Part shown: positions 14,425-27,526 of the stretch, piece by piece
How positions within the stretch are numbered: position 1 is the stretch's first letter
Layout: the number at the start of each line of letters is the position of its first letter
NCBI RefSeq assembly: GCF_006345805.1
Contig: NC_043011.1
Location: 32,810,464 to 32,874,463, forward strand
Direction of reading: 5' to 3'
DNA: 64,000 nucleotides
Origin: Octopus sinensis
Lineage: Eukaryota
Position numbers and translations under genes: made by a program
Notes under the pieces: generated by a model
Seen by the model: only the letters and a program-made list of their open reading frames with translations
What the model was told of the DNA's origin: nothing
The model's database searches: none

Positions 14425-14552
14425 GAACTGAAAGTATATATATATCGGAGTCCAGATACATCCCCGACCTAGTGTTCCGCGATTCGAGCGAGGTAGTCGT
14501 TGTAGACGTAACTGTCAGATACGAGCAAGGTGCGGCGCTGAGGGGCGCTGCG
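14425..14552 (+). mobile_element. fragment of an RLE-type (R2/NeSL-like) retrotransposon endonuclease domain fused to a SINE
   Basis: Frame RYIPDLVFRDSSEVVVVDVTVRYEQGAALRGAA has the PD-x-D restriction-like endonuclease pattern; CpG-rich. Confidence 0.72.
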
Positions 14553-14871
14553 TGGCAACTTGGGCAAGTGTCTTCTGCTATAGCCCCGGGCCGACCAATG
14601 CCTTGTGAGTGGATTTGGCAGACGGAAACTGAAAGAAGCCTGTCATATATATGTGTATATGTTTGTGTGTCTGTGTTTGTCCCCCTAGCATTGCTTGACA
14701 ACCGATGCTGGTGTGTTTACGTCACCGTCACTTAGCGGTTCGGCAAAAGAGACCGATAGAATAAGTACTGGGCTTACAAAGAATAAGTCCCGGGGTCGAT
14801 TTGCTCGACTAAAGGCGGTGCTCCAGCATGGCCGCAGTCAAATGACTGAAACAAGTAAAAGAGAGTAAAGA

Positions 14872-14905
<34 letters not shown>

Positions 14906-15596
14906 AGAATTCACAAAAAAAAAACAAAAGATGAAGACAGGTGGTGTAGAGAACAATATATATATATATATAATATATATATCACAACACTTTGGTTAGC
15001 CCAAGGGTGTAGCAGAAGACACTTGCCCAAGGTGCCACACAGTGGGACTGAACCCAGAACTATGTGATTGGTAAGCAAGCTACTTACCACATTACCCCAC
15101 AGAGCCACTCCTGCGTCTATATATATATATATCATCATCATCATCATCATCATCATCACCATTTAGCGTCCGCTTTCCATGCTAGCATGGGTTGGACGGT
15201 TCAACTGGGGTCTGTGAAGCTAGAAGGCTGCATCAGGCCCAGTCTGATCTGGCAGTGTTTCTACGGCTGGATGCCCTTCCTAACGCCAACCACTCATATA
15301 TATATATGATAGGCTTCTTTCAGTTTCTATCAACCAAATCCACTGACAAGGCTTTAGTTGACCAGAGAATACAGTAGAAGACGTTTGTGCAAAGTTCCAC
15401 GTAGTGGTACTAAACTTTTTTATGTTTCTCTCCTTCTCTTCTCCCCCTCTCTTCTCCCTGTCCATCTTTCTCTTCCCCCCCCCACTCTCTCTCTCTCTCG
15501 CTCTCTCTCTGTTTTATATGGGTAAGCATATCTCTCTTTGTGAGACGAAGAAAGAAAATTATTGATATCACTCATGCTCAATTAATGAATTGTAAG

Positions 15597-15648
<52 letters not shown>

Positions 15649-17489
15649 ATCTCTCACTATCCCTGCATGTATAAACATACACACACATACACACAAACAC
15701 ACACATATTTAGAAATAACTATACAAACACAAGGCCTTCTACTATACGAATCTGATGATAAAGTTGGAATTGAAAATGTTCATTCCTGTATCAACATCAT
15801 CATCATCAGCAGCAGCATTGTCATCATCTTCTAAATTTGATACTTGAACAGTGATTGTCAATTGCTTACATTTAAAATGCATTAAGACTAACAGACACAC
15901 AAACGGATAAGTAGGTAGGTAGGTAGGTAGTAGGTTGATAAGTAATTGGTAGCCAGCTAGAGAGATAGGTAAACAAATATATAGTCAGAGAGACATACAG
16001 ACAGACAGACAGATAGAGGGGGAGAGAGAGGGAGGGAGATATGAAGGTAGGTAGGTAGGTAGGTAGGTAGATAGGTAAACAGATAAATAGACCGACAGAT
16101 ATATGAAGCATAAGCAACTGTACCCACTCTCTTTTGTTACAGATATATTTCTGGGCCAACATTTAGATTTCTCAGTCACAATCCTCCTCTCACGGTGCTT
16201 CCATGACAACACCAGATTATTACCAAGCATGAGATAGTCAAAGAGTACGACATCTTTCGAATTACAATTAACATTCCGAAGCAGTGGAGCTACCTTTAGC
16301 ATTTTAACTCATACAGAATGTACTTCTGCCATTTGCGTAAAATGGTTCTCCAATGGTTACGTTCCAGTTGATCCGATCAACCAGAACAGCCTGCTCGTGA
16401 AATTAATGTGCAAGTGGCTGAGCACACCACAGACATGCATACTTATTTCTTTACTGCTCACAAGGGGCTAAACACAGAAGGGACAAACAAGGACAGACAA
16501 ACGGATTAAGTCGATTATATTGACCCCAGTGCGTAACTGGTACTTATTTAATCGACCCCGAAAGGATGAAAAGGCAAAGTCGACCTCGGCGGAATTTGAA
16601 CTCAGAACATAGCGACGGGCGAAATACCGCTAAGCATTTCGCCCGACGTGCTAAAGTTTCTGCCCGCTCGCCGCCACAAACATGCTTCCCTTTTCAGGGA
16701 GAGCTTTCAGGGAGATTCAGTGTGACACAGAATGAGACAAGGCTGGCCCTTTGAATTACAAGTACAACTCATTTTTGCCAGCTGAATGGATTGAAATAAA
16801 GTGTCTTGCTCAAGGACACAATTCATCACTGGTTTTCAAACTCACAACTTTACAATCACGAGCCGAATACTCTAACCACGCCTTCACTTCTACCATTTAA
16901 TAACAGATGATTATATATATACACATATATATATGTATACACATTATATATATATTTATATACACATATATATATATATAAATTAACACAATATATCTGA
17001 TTAATAATATCTGTTATGATTGTGCAGTGGTGGTGGGCGATAATAATTCATCTGTGGCGGGAATATTTAAAGTTTTGCGGCTGTGAACACTTTCTCTCTA
17101 TAGATACAGACAGACGTACAGTGAGAGAGGTGGTGGAAGAAAGAGTGACAGAGAGGTGGCGAAGGCAGAGAGGGAATGAGAGTGGAAGGTGTCAAACATC
17201 GTTATAGAGAGAATGTGGAGGGAAGGGAAGAGAGAGACCAAGAAAGACAGGGTGATATCTGAAAGGGAGAAACGACAAATGCTTGTCAAAGTCTGGGTTT
17301 TGTTGCCCTACTAACCACAGCTTTTGAGATAGGGGTTTCTAACCTAGTCCAGTCGCTTCCTCACCTCTTTGTACATGTCCCTGTAAATTTTGGAGCCAAT
17401 CCAACCCCATCTACCGGCCCTTAAACCGTTCCCATCCCAAAATGAGATGAACAACTTTTTCGCATTTCAGCTTTATAGATATTGATAAT

Positions 17490-17975
17490 AACGAACTTAT
17501 TGTATAAAGTATCCAGGTGCACTACAAATCATCAGAAAAAGTAACCAAAACTGCATGAACAGTACATAGAATATGCACAGGAAAAAGTCTTTTTTTCCTG
17601 TGGAAAAGTCTTTTAACGGAAAAAAAAAGGAAGAAGAAACAGTGGAGCATCAGGTGTACTGTTGGTGAATTTAAAGAAGTGTGGAAGTTTTGAAGGATGT
17701 AGTGTCTTGACAGTTAACAACTGATGCAGGTAGTTTATTCCATGCTTCAGCAATTCTGAGCGTGAACGAATGTTTCCGAAAGTCATGGGTAATGCCATTT
17801 AAATTTCGTTTTACAGATTTGTGGAGCATTCACGGTTGGTGTGTCCTCCTAATATTACTTTGACATTGGGGTGTGTTCATAGAAAGGAAAACTATAGTTC
17901 AACCATGCATCACATTGTAGACCTGCTTTTAAATATACTCTATAGGAAATGTTAAAGTTCGGGCACCCTTTGCGT
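17490..17975 (-). mobile_element. CR1-group LINE 3' fragment
   Basis: Minus strand FTLRIAEAWNKLPASVVNCQDTTSFKTS plus the same gtagtgcacctg 3' tail as 6764-7075. Confidence 0.78.
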
Positions 17976-18222
17976 TATTTATGAATTATTAAACACCTTT
18001 TATGTTGCTTATGAATTGATGCAAATGCTGTGCATGTGTGTGTGTGTGTGTGTTAAAAAGAAGGTGTTTGTAGATGTTAGAAAATGTTAAGTTTGAAAGT
18101 TTGAGTACTCATAGTTATGAACTATCAAACCCTTTTAATGTTGCTTGTGAATTGATATAAACAAATCATGTGTGTGTGTGTGTCTGTTAAAAACAAAATA
18201 CATATATGTATAAAAGTGCACA

Positions 18223-18259
<37 letters not shown>

Positions 18260-18823
18260 CAAAACAAAACTGGAGAGTTTGTTTATAAAATAGTTACTTA
18301 CATCATCTTACATGTTTTTCATTGACAAAGAATTGATTGTCAGTTATATATAATCTAATTGCATTGTCAAATCTTCAGAGATGCATAACCCTCATTTGTA
18401 ATTTTACTGGATTAATGAGTGCTCAAGAATATACACGAATACTGGTTATTTATATATATTTACATAAGCACACTCACACACACACACACTCGCATAATAA
18501 AAAAAGCACCCACTATACTCTTAGAGTGGTTGGCATTAGAAAGGGCATCCAGCTGTAGAAACTTTGCCTGATCAGATTGGAGCCTGGTGCAGCCTTCTGG
18601 CTTGCCAGCCCTCAGTCAAACCGTCCAACCCATGCCAGCATGGAAAGCAGCGGTTAAATGACAATGATGATGATGATGATGCTCAAAATACCTGGTTTGA
18701 ACTTTCCAAACAAATCAACACATGAAATGTCTAAATGTCAAGATAAATTGTTATGAAGATTATAATTTTCAATTAGTTTGATCTCCAGTCATTATCAAGT
18801 ATCATATTCCAGCAAAGTACACA

Positions 18824-19210
18824 TGCGTAGGAGTGGCTGTGTTGTAAGTAGCTTGCTTACCAACCATATGGTTCTGGGTTCAGTCCCACTGTGTGGCACC
18901 TTGGGCAAGTGTCTTCTACTATAGCCTTGGGCCAACCAAAGCCTTGTGAGTGGATTTGGTAGACGGAAACTGAAAGAAACCCGTCGTATATATGTATATA
19001 TATGTTTGTGTGTTTGTGTTGGTCCTCCCAACATTGCTTAACAAACAATGCTGGTGTGTTTACGTCCTCATAACTTAGCAGTTTGGCAAAAGAGACCGAT
19101 AGAATAAGTACTAAGCTTACAAAGAATAAGTCCTGAGGTCGATTTGCTCAACTAAAGGTGGTGCTCCAGCATGGCCACAGTCAAATGACTGAAACAAGTA
19201 AAGGAGAGTA
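18824..19210 (+). mobile_element. SINE family A, full length
   Basis: Colinear with 4156-4617. Confidence 0.88.
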
Positions 19211-19831
19211 ATCCCTACTTTCTATTTTTTAAATTTCCAGGCATTTTGCAATATGGAGGGTAACCTCTTCATAATGCCCACAAAGGAAACTTGAGGTTTC
19301 TTACTCTACAACAAGTAAAACCATACAAGTCCTGAGTCAGCTAAGGAGTGGCCTCTGTGAGGTACCTCAGATTGCTAGAAATAGCAACTCTCATTTTAAT
19401 AGTTTTAAGGTGACGAGCTGGCAGACTCATTAGCATGCAGAACAAAACACTTGGCAGCATTTTGCCTGTCTTTACAGGCTGAGTTCAAGTTCTGCCATGG
19501 TTGACTTTGCCTTTCATCCTTTTGGGGTCGATAAAATAAGTACCAGTTGAGTACTGGGGTCGATGTAATCAGCTTACCCACTCTCCTGAAATTGCTGGTC
19601 TGGAAATCAGTAGTTTACTGTTTCCAAAATAGGCAAGAATACATTCAACAATGCTGTTTGGTATGAAATTAAAAAGAAGAAATTAGTCAAAGCCAGAATA
19701 TCTTTGATCATAAGCCTACATATCTGGGATTAAAACCGATTAAATCCTTTAATCTTTTAGCATTCAGATTTCTGTACTTATTTATTCACTTTGTTGTTTT
19801 GAGATTTAGATGATGTGGTTGTTTATTTTTG

Positions 19832-20220
19832 ACATGTAGAAGCACCAGTGCCAGTGACACATAGAAACACCTGTGCCAGTGGGATGTAGAAGCACCTGTG
19901 CCAGTGGCATGTAGAGGCACCTGTGCTAATGGGACGTAGAAGCACCTGTGTCAGTAACACGTAGAATCACATGTGCTAGCGGGACGTAGAAGCACTTGTG
20001 CCAGTGACACGTAGAAGCACCTGTGCCAGTGGCACGTAGAAGTACCTGTGCCAGTGGAACATAGGATTACCTGTACCAGAGGTACGTAGAAGCACCTGTG
20101 CCAGTGGCACATAGAAGCACCTGTGCCAGTGACACAAAAGCACCTGTGCTGGACACACACAAAAACACCTGTGCCAGTGGCATGTAAGAGCACCTGTGCA
20201 AATGACACATAAAAGCATCC
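19832..20220 (+). repeat. ~23-bp minisatellite (CACGTAGAAGCACCTGTGCCAGTGG-like, ~16 units) at the 5' end of a family-C element
   Basis: Direct tandem units running into aaaagacacccactacactc. Confidence 0.9.
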
Positions 20221-20980
20221 ATGCTAGTGACTCATAAAAGACACCCACTACACTCTTGGAGTGGTTGGCATTACAAAGGGCATCCAGCCATAGAAACCAA
20301 ACCAAAATCAGACTGGAACCTGGTACAGCTCCCCAGTTTACCAGTTCCAGTCAAACTGTCTAACCCATGCCAGCATGGAAAGCACACAGCAAATGAACAT
20401 AAAACAGGTATAATATTTTGACTGCATTGGGCCAGTTTGAATACTAAGGAGTTAAAATTAAAGCTGTTTACCCTGTTATTTCTAGCAATCTGAGGTACCA
20501 CATACAGGCTACTCCTTTGTTCACCCATCCGTTCCATGGTTTGGCTTCTAGTAGAGTGAGAAACCTCAAGCGTCCTTTGTGGACGTCATGAAGAGGTCTC
20601 CTCTTTAATATTACTGTGGGTTTATTCCAACAAAACACCCAAAATTTTGACATAAAAAAAAAAATCCCCTTCCATGCTTATATGGAGGGAAAGAAAACTG
20701 GTGGGGAGGTTGATAGTAAATAATAAAAACAAACCTGTATAGAAGGTATTTGCTTTTGCTCCTTGATCATCATCATCATTATCATCATCATCATTATCGA
20801 CATGTTCATAGTGATCACCCTTAACAATAGTTAGTTGAGGGTGGTATTCTTCTTTTTCTTTCTCTTTATTTTTTTTTAATCCTTTTTCCCTTGTTCAGTC
20901 CTTCAAAACTATTTTCTTCCCTCTTTCCTCTTTCTAAAATTATATCTTGCATTCAATACCATTTTATTTTATTTACTCTC

Positions 20981-21070
<90 letters not shown>

Positions 21071-21338
21071 ACTCCTCCCACCCACCCCACCATTTCCAAA
21101 CAGGCTTGCATTGAAAAGGTTTCCCTATTTATTGACTGCTTATATTTTATTCCAGAACGTCTCCTTTCCCTAACTAAAGTGTCTACTTGTTTTTCACTGT
21201 ATGTCAACAGGATACAGAAGAGACTCAAGTGTTTGGTTTACCCACTTCTATTAATGCTACAACCTACTACTACTACTACTACCCTTGCCCAATTTTTACT
21301 TTATCTCCTCTCACTTTCTACATCTCTCTCTCTCTCCC

Positions 21339-21369
<31 letters not shown>

Positions 21370-21699
21370 CTCTATTTTCCTCATGTAAACACCATCTATT
21401 TCTTTTTTTGTATATTGTTGCTTATTTTACTAGTTCTTTATCCAGATAGATCCCCTTCCTGTAATACGGGTTGTTTCTTTACCGTTTTTTATTCATTTTC
21501 TATTCTATTCAAAATTGGAACTGATAACTTCCTCTATTCCTTGCTATGGATTATCAGTGAACACTCTCATTTGAAACTGCTAATGGACATTACCTGTAAT
21601 TGCATTATTTATTCGATTATAGAACTACCCAACATATACATATTATACTCTGATCCTTCCCCCATTTTTGACAAACTGGAATATATATTGGTATCCTCG

Positions 21700-21932
21700 A
21701 AGGCGGCGAGCTGGCAGAAACGTTAGCACGCCGGGCGAAATGCTTTGCGGTATTTCGCCTGCCGCTACGTTCTGAGTTCAAATTCCGCCGAGGTCGAGTT
21801 TGCCTTTCATCCTTTCGGGGTCGATAAATTAAGTACCAGTTACGCACTGGGGTCGATGTAATCGACTTAATACCTATGTCTGTCCTTGTTTGTCCCCTCT
21901 ATGTTTAGCCCCTTGTGGGTAATAAAGAAATA
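21700..21932 (+). mobile_element. SINE family B, young copy with TSD
   Basis: Flanked by ggtatcctcga on both sides. Confidence 0.9.
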
Positions 21933-22501
21933 GGTATCCTCGATTGAGGACATTCCCTCATTTTTACATCTCCCTGGCTTCTTTCTCTCTGATGACGGTG
22001 TGCTCAGCTTATGGGGTCCTTATTCAATATTATGATCTACTTGCTTGGCTATTCTTGAAACAGCTGTAAGAGACTCTGTATACTCTTTTACTTGTTTCAG
22101 GCATTTTACTGTGGCCATGCTGGAGCACCGCCTTTTAGTTGAACAAATCGAACCCCAGGACTTATTCTTTGTAAGCCTAGTACTTATTCTATCGGTCTCT
22201 CTTGCCAAACCACTAAGTGACGGTGACAAAAACACACCAGCATCGGTTGTCAAGTGATGTTGGAGGGACAAACACAAACATATACATACATACGTACATA
22301 CATACATATATATATATATATACGATGGGTTTCTTTCAGTTTCCGTCTACCAAATCCACTCACAAGGCTTTGGTCAGCCCGAGGCTATAGTAGAAGACAC
22401 TTGCACAAGATGCCACTCAGTGGGACTGAACCCAGAACCATGTGGTTCATAAGCAAGCTACTTACCACACAGCTACTCCTGTGCCTGTAAAGATAATGAA
22501 T

Positions 22502-22619
22502 GCTTACAGCACCTAGGTTTCCCAAGCGGTCACCCACCTAAGTACTAACTAGGCTCGACGTTGCTTAACTTTGGTGATCGGACAAGAACCGGTGCTTTCA
22601 ATGTGATATGGCCATAAGC
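22502..22619 (-). pseudogene. 5S rRNA pseudogene, copy 1
   Basis: Reverse complement reads GCTTATGGCCATATCACATTGAAAGCACCGGTTCTTGTCCGATCACCAAAGTTAAGCAACGTCGAGCCTAGTTAGTACTTAGGTGGGTGACCGCTTGGGAAACCTAGGTGCTGTAAGC. This is a full-length 5S with box A and C, apparent CpG-decay substitutions and no oligo-T terminator. Confidence 0.9.
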
Positions 22620-23410
22620 ATATGTTCAACTGGTACTTATTTTATCCACCTTAAAAGGATGAAAGGCAAAATTGACCTTGGCAGAATTTGAACTCAGAAC
22701 GTAAAGACAAATGAAATGCTGCTAAGCATGTTGACTGGCACAGTAATGATTCTGCCAGCTTGCTGCCTTACATATAATTCAGGTGTTCTTATCCAGTAAG
22801 TTCACTGTCAATCAATTCATCACAGGGAAAATTCACCATCATCAACTCATCATTTTTTTTTATAAAATAGTTTCTAACTATTAGTGGTAAGATACTACAG
22901 ATATATATTCCCAGTAAACTTTCCTCACGGTGAACTTACCTCACAGTGTCCAAAATTAAGGGAAGAAGCTTGTCAGTTATTCACGGGGCCTCTCCGTGAG
23001 TGTCCATATAGAAGGGGCTGTTTGTTATTTAGAAAAGGATCAACATAAATAACTCCATCTTACTATTACAGCGTTTCCTGCTTGGATGGCTGGATGTTTA
23101 GTGTAAATCTTTGACGTACCACCTTGGGCAAGTATCTTCTACTACAGCCTCGGGCCGACCAAAGCCTTTTGAGTGGATTTGGTAGACGGAAACTGAAAGA
23201 AGCCCATCGTATATATATATATATATATATACGACGGGTTTCTTTCAGTTTCCGTCTACCAAATCCACTCACAAGGCTTTGGTCAGCCCGAGGCTATAGT
23301 AGAAGACACTTGCACAAGATGCCACTCAGTGGGACTGAACCCAGAACCATGTGGTTCATAAGCAAGCTACTTACCACACAGCTACTCCTGTGCCTGTAAA
23401 GATAATGAAT

Positions 23411-23528
23411 GCTTACAGCACCTAGGTTTCCCAAGCGGTCACCCACCTAAGTACTAACTAGGCTCGACGTTGCTTAACTTTGGTGATCGGACAAGAACCG
23501 GTGCTTTCAATGTGATATGGCCATAAGC
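23411..23528 (-). pseudogene. 5S rRNA pseudogene, copy 2
   Basis: Same sequence as copy 1, offset 909 bp within the tandem duplication. Confidence 0.9.
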
Positions 23529-24117
23529 ATATGTTCAACTGGTACTTATTTTATCCACCTTAAAAGGATGAAAGGCAAAATTGACCTTGGCAGAATTTGA
23601 ACTCAGAACGTAAAGACAAATGAAATGCTGCTAAGCATGTTGACTGGCACAGTAATGATTCTGCCAGCTTGCTGCCTTACATATAATTCAGGTGTTCTTA
23701 TCCAGTAAGTTCACTGTCAATCAATTCATCACAGGGAAAATTCACCATCATCAACTCATCATTTTTTTTTATAAAATAGTTTCTAACTATTAGTGGTAAG
23801 ATACTACAGATATATATTCCCAGTAAACTTCCTCACGGTGAACTTAGCTCACAGTGTCCAAAATTAAGGGAAGAAGCTTGTCAGTTATTCACGGGGCCTC
23901 TCCGTGAGTGTCCATATAGAAGGGGCTGTTTGTTATTTAGAAAAGGATCAACATAAATAACTCCATCTTACTATTACAGCGTTTCCTGCTTGGATGGCTG
24001 GATGTTTAGTGTAAATCTTTGACGTACCACCTTGGGCAAGTATCTTCTACTACAGCCTCGGGCCGACCAAAGCCTTTTGAGTGGATTTGGTAGACGGAAA
24101 CTGAAAGAAGCCCATCG

Positions 24118-24148
<31 letters not shown>

Positions 24149-25437
24149 ATATGTTTGCGTGTCTGTGTTTGTCCCTGCAACATCACTTGACAACCGATGC
24201 TGGTGTGTTTACGTCCCTGTAACTTAGCGATTCAGCAAAAGAGATTGATAGAATAAGTACTAGGCTTACAAAGAATAAGTCGTGGGGTCGATTTGCTCGA
24301 CTAAAGGCAGTGCTCCAGCATGGCCGCAGTCAAATGACTGAAACAAGTAAAAGAGTAAGTGACTACCGAAATATTCAATTGCTGTGAAATAGATGGCCTC
24401 TCCCACTTCATTGTTGAATAGGTTAACATTAGAAGAAAAACCCAAGCTTTTGACTCATTACTGGATAATAACATGCTTGAAAGAACTGATACTTGTCATG
24501 ATTTCATGTCACTAATGGTGAGAATTTAGCTTGTTCACTACTAAGCTTTACAAATTTCTGTTATAAAAATAGCATTTTGTTGAAATAGTCACGACCATCC
24601 TTTCTATGGTATTGTTTGTTGTGTTGGAGGTTTCTGTTCAGATCAGGATATAGGTGTCATAAGTGCAAGAGTTTGACGCACATCAAATGTTTAAGGAGCT
24701 TGCATCACACACCCACTACACAATGGAATTATACACACAGGTATGATTCCATTGTGCAGTGCCTTGAGCAAGTATCTCTTACCATAGGTAACAAATTAGC
24801 AGAGTCATTTGATCACTAGACAAAATAGCTACTGGTGCAACTATGATGTTCGCCACTTAGGGGCAGCCCTTGTGTTTACCCTGCTCCCTATTCAGGTGTA
24901 TACAGCAGGTCTAAAAGTGGTGTCCACATAAAAGTGTCACCCACAGCAGACTGTCCCCATCACTGCAGTCCCTCATAGCCTCCAGTTACACTACTGAAAA
25001 ATGCAGTGTGGCTCCAGCTTCCTGTATTTTGAGGAAGTCTCTCTGCGATCAACTTTGCCCTTCATCTTTCCAAGATCAACTAATAAAGTACCAATCAAGT
25101 ACTACAGTGGACTGGCGGAATTGTATGATTATCAGATGAAATGCCTTGTGGTATTCATCCGACTCTGAACATTCTCACTGCAAATCCCATCATATCCATC
25201 CTGTTTGCTACACTTAATCCCTCAGCCAGTGTAACACCCTTCTCTGGACTCTGCTAAAGGCAGCCAAGGACAAGACCAGGTTCTTGGCTGCCTTTAGTAG
25301 AGTCCATTTGGTTGCAAGCAGGCATTCAGGCCATGTCACTTGTTTGTTTACCTTTTATCTCTTTGCTGCTACTTGTTTCAGCCACTAGACTGTGGCCATG
25401 CTGGGGCACTAGCTTAAACTGCTTACATACATATATT

Positions 25438-25457
<20 letters not shown>

Positions 25458-25468
<11 letters not shown>

Positions 25469-25760
25469 TGTTCCTTCTCGAGCCATGCCTGGCACATAGG
25501 GCCGCTTTCCCGGTTTCCTTGGCATATAGGTTCCCCACCTGGACAGGATGCCAGTCCGTCGCAGGTGAGCTGCAAGATGCAGGAGGAAAGAGTGAGAGAG
25601 AAAGTTGTGGTGAAAGAGTCAGAAGAAGTTCGCCTTTACCTTCTGCCGGAGCCACGTGGGGCTTAGGTGTTTCACTCATAAACACACACATCTGAGATTC
25701 GAACCCGCGATCCCTCGACCGCGAGTCCACTACTCTAACCACAAGGCCATGTGCCTCCAT
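25458..25760 (-). mobile_element. tRNA-derived SINE (fifth family) with (CAA)n tail, in (TA)n
   Basis: Minus strand head ggaggcacatggccttgtggttagagt...gcgggttcgaatctc (boxes A and B). Confidence 0.75.
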
Positions 25761-25872
<112 letters not shown>

Positions 25873-26033
25873 GTTTGTGTGTGTGTATGGCCTTAGGAAA
25901 GGCATCCAGCTGTAGAAACTCTGCCAGATCAGATTGGAGCCTGGTGCAGCCATCTGGCTCGCCAGTCCTCAGTCAAACCGTCCAACCCATGCCAGCATGG
26001 AAAGTGGACGTTAAACGATGATGATGATGATGA

Positions 26034-26095
<62 letters not shown>

Positions 26096-26240
26096 GCACA
26101 CATACATATATATATATTATTGTGTCTGGGGAGAGTCATTCTCTTTTAGTGCCTTATTATTTAACACTCACCGGTTCAATTTCCACTCATTTAGTTACTT
26201 ATTTTTTTCTAAAATTTTCATTGCATCTTGCAGTCTTTTC

Positions 26241-26271
<31 letters not shown>

Positions 26272-26626
26272 GGCAAGCTTCTTTCAGTTTCCATATACCA
26301 AATTCACTCAGTAGGCTTTGGTCAGCCCAAGGCTATAGCAGAAGACACTTACCCAAAGTGTGTGTGTGTGTATATGGTTGCCTAAATATCATGTGATGGT
26401 TGTAAATGAGCATCATCATCATCATTATCATCATCATACATGAAAAGTTTCTCATTTGTAATCTTCCATGGAAAATATGTCTGGCCTTGGAGAAATGTCA
26501 CCTCACTTGGAAACAGGTGAGGGTTGGAGAGAAAAGGAAAGGACATCCAGCTGTGGAAACTCTGCCTCGACAAATTCCGTCTGACCCAGGCAAGCATGGA
26601 AAAGTGGATATTGAGTTATTATAGTG

Positions 26627-26710
26627 GTGATGATGATGATGATGATGATGATGACAACAGTGACGGTGATAATGATAACAACAATGACGATGCTGATAAC
26701 AACAACAACA

Positions 26711-26761
<51 letters not shown>

Positions 26762-26983
26762 GTGATGACGATGATGATGCTGATGATGGTGGTGGTGGTA
26801 TTGACAATGGTGCTAATGATGACGATGACAATGATGAAGATGACGATGATGATGGTGATGATGCTGATGACAATGATGCTAATGATGACGATGATGATGA
26901 CGATGATGATGATGATGATGATGATGATGGTGGTGGTAATGGCAATGATGCTAATGATGACGATGATGACGATGATGATGATG
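26627..26983. repeat. compound (GAT/GAC/GGT/AAC)n triplet repeat
   Basis: Direct inspection. Confidence 0.95.
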
Positions 26984-27042
26984 TAAACAGTATTACTTAC
27001 AGTGTATTTATTTTGTTTGTTTCTTTTCTTTTTTTTTTCTAG

Positions 27043-27113
27043 ATGAGACACAAATGTTGAATATAACAGAAGTTGACCTCAAAAGGAAAAACATTTCACA
27101 ACCAAATGAATAA
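27043..27113 (+). other. candidate non-coding micro-exon (71 nt)
   Basis: Very strong T-rich tract plus ctag| acceptor at 27042; donor TAA|gtaagc at 27113/14. Confidence 0.45.
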
Positions 27114-27302
27114 GTAAGCTATTACATTGTTTCATATTGTTTTTAACCATTTTTTCCATACTGACTCCTTATAATTACTTGCCTACAATCAATTGACTTA
27201 GAAAATAACGAGGAATTCAAGAAAATGACTTTGTGATTACTTCAGCTGGTATTTGGAACATTAAAGTAAAAATTTTGATGGAAAGGTTTAATCTGGATCT
27301 CT

Positions 27303-27526
27303 TTAAATCTTTAGCGTTCAGATTTCTCTGTCAAATGTAATTCTTATTTTATTCATGTAGTTTTTGAATTAATCATGCATTATCTTGGAGCTTCCAGATT
27401 TTGATGATGTGATTGTTTGTTATTAGAATAACACTGTAGGGTAGGTGTGAGAGACCAGATCTGGTCTGTTTGAACATAAAACAGGAAGAATATTTGGGCT
27501 GGATATGGTTGGGTTAAATGCTAAAG
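27303..27526 (+). mobile_element. piggyBac-like MITE (TTAA-CCCTTTAGCATT...AATGCTAAAGGG-TTAA type), degenerate
   Basis: Related copies at 27935-28120 (ends aaagggttaa), 19748-19830 plus 20392-20455 (split by an insertion) and 56800-57112 (minus). Confidence 0.55.

Larger units (their letters stand above)
22311..24130. repeat. ~909-bp near-identical tandem duplication
   Basis: 22322-23210 matches 23231-24118 apart from about two substitutions and one 1-nt indel seen. The junction lies in (TA)n at 23210-23230. Confidence 0.92.

Noticed and set aside
22502-23528. Functional 5S rDNA array
   Set aside because: Only two copies, produced by a local duplication, with decay-type substitutions and no Pol III terminator.
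26524-27042. Asp-rich 172-aa ORF and overlapping poly-Met/Ile/Ser ORFs
   Set aside because: Translations of a (GAT)n-type microsatellite that begin in a repeat remnant.
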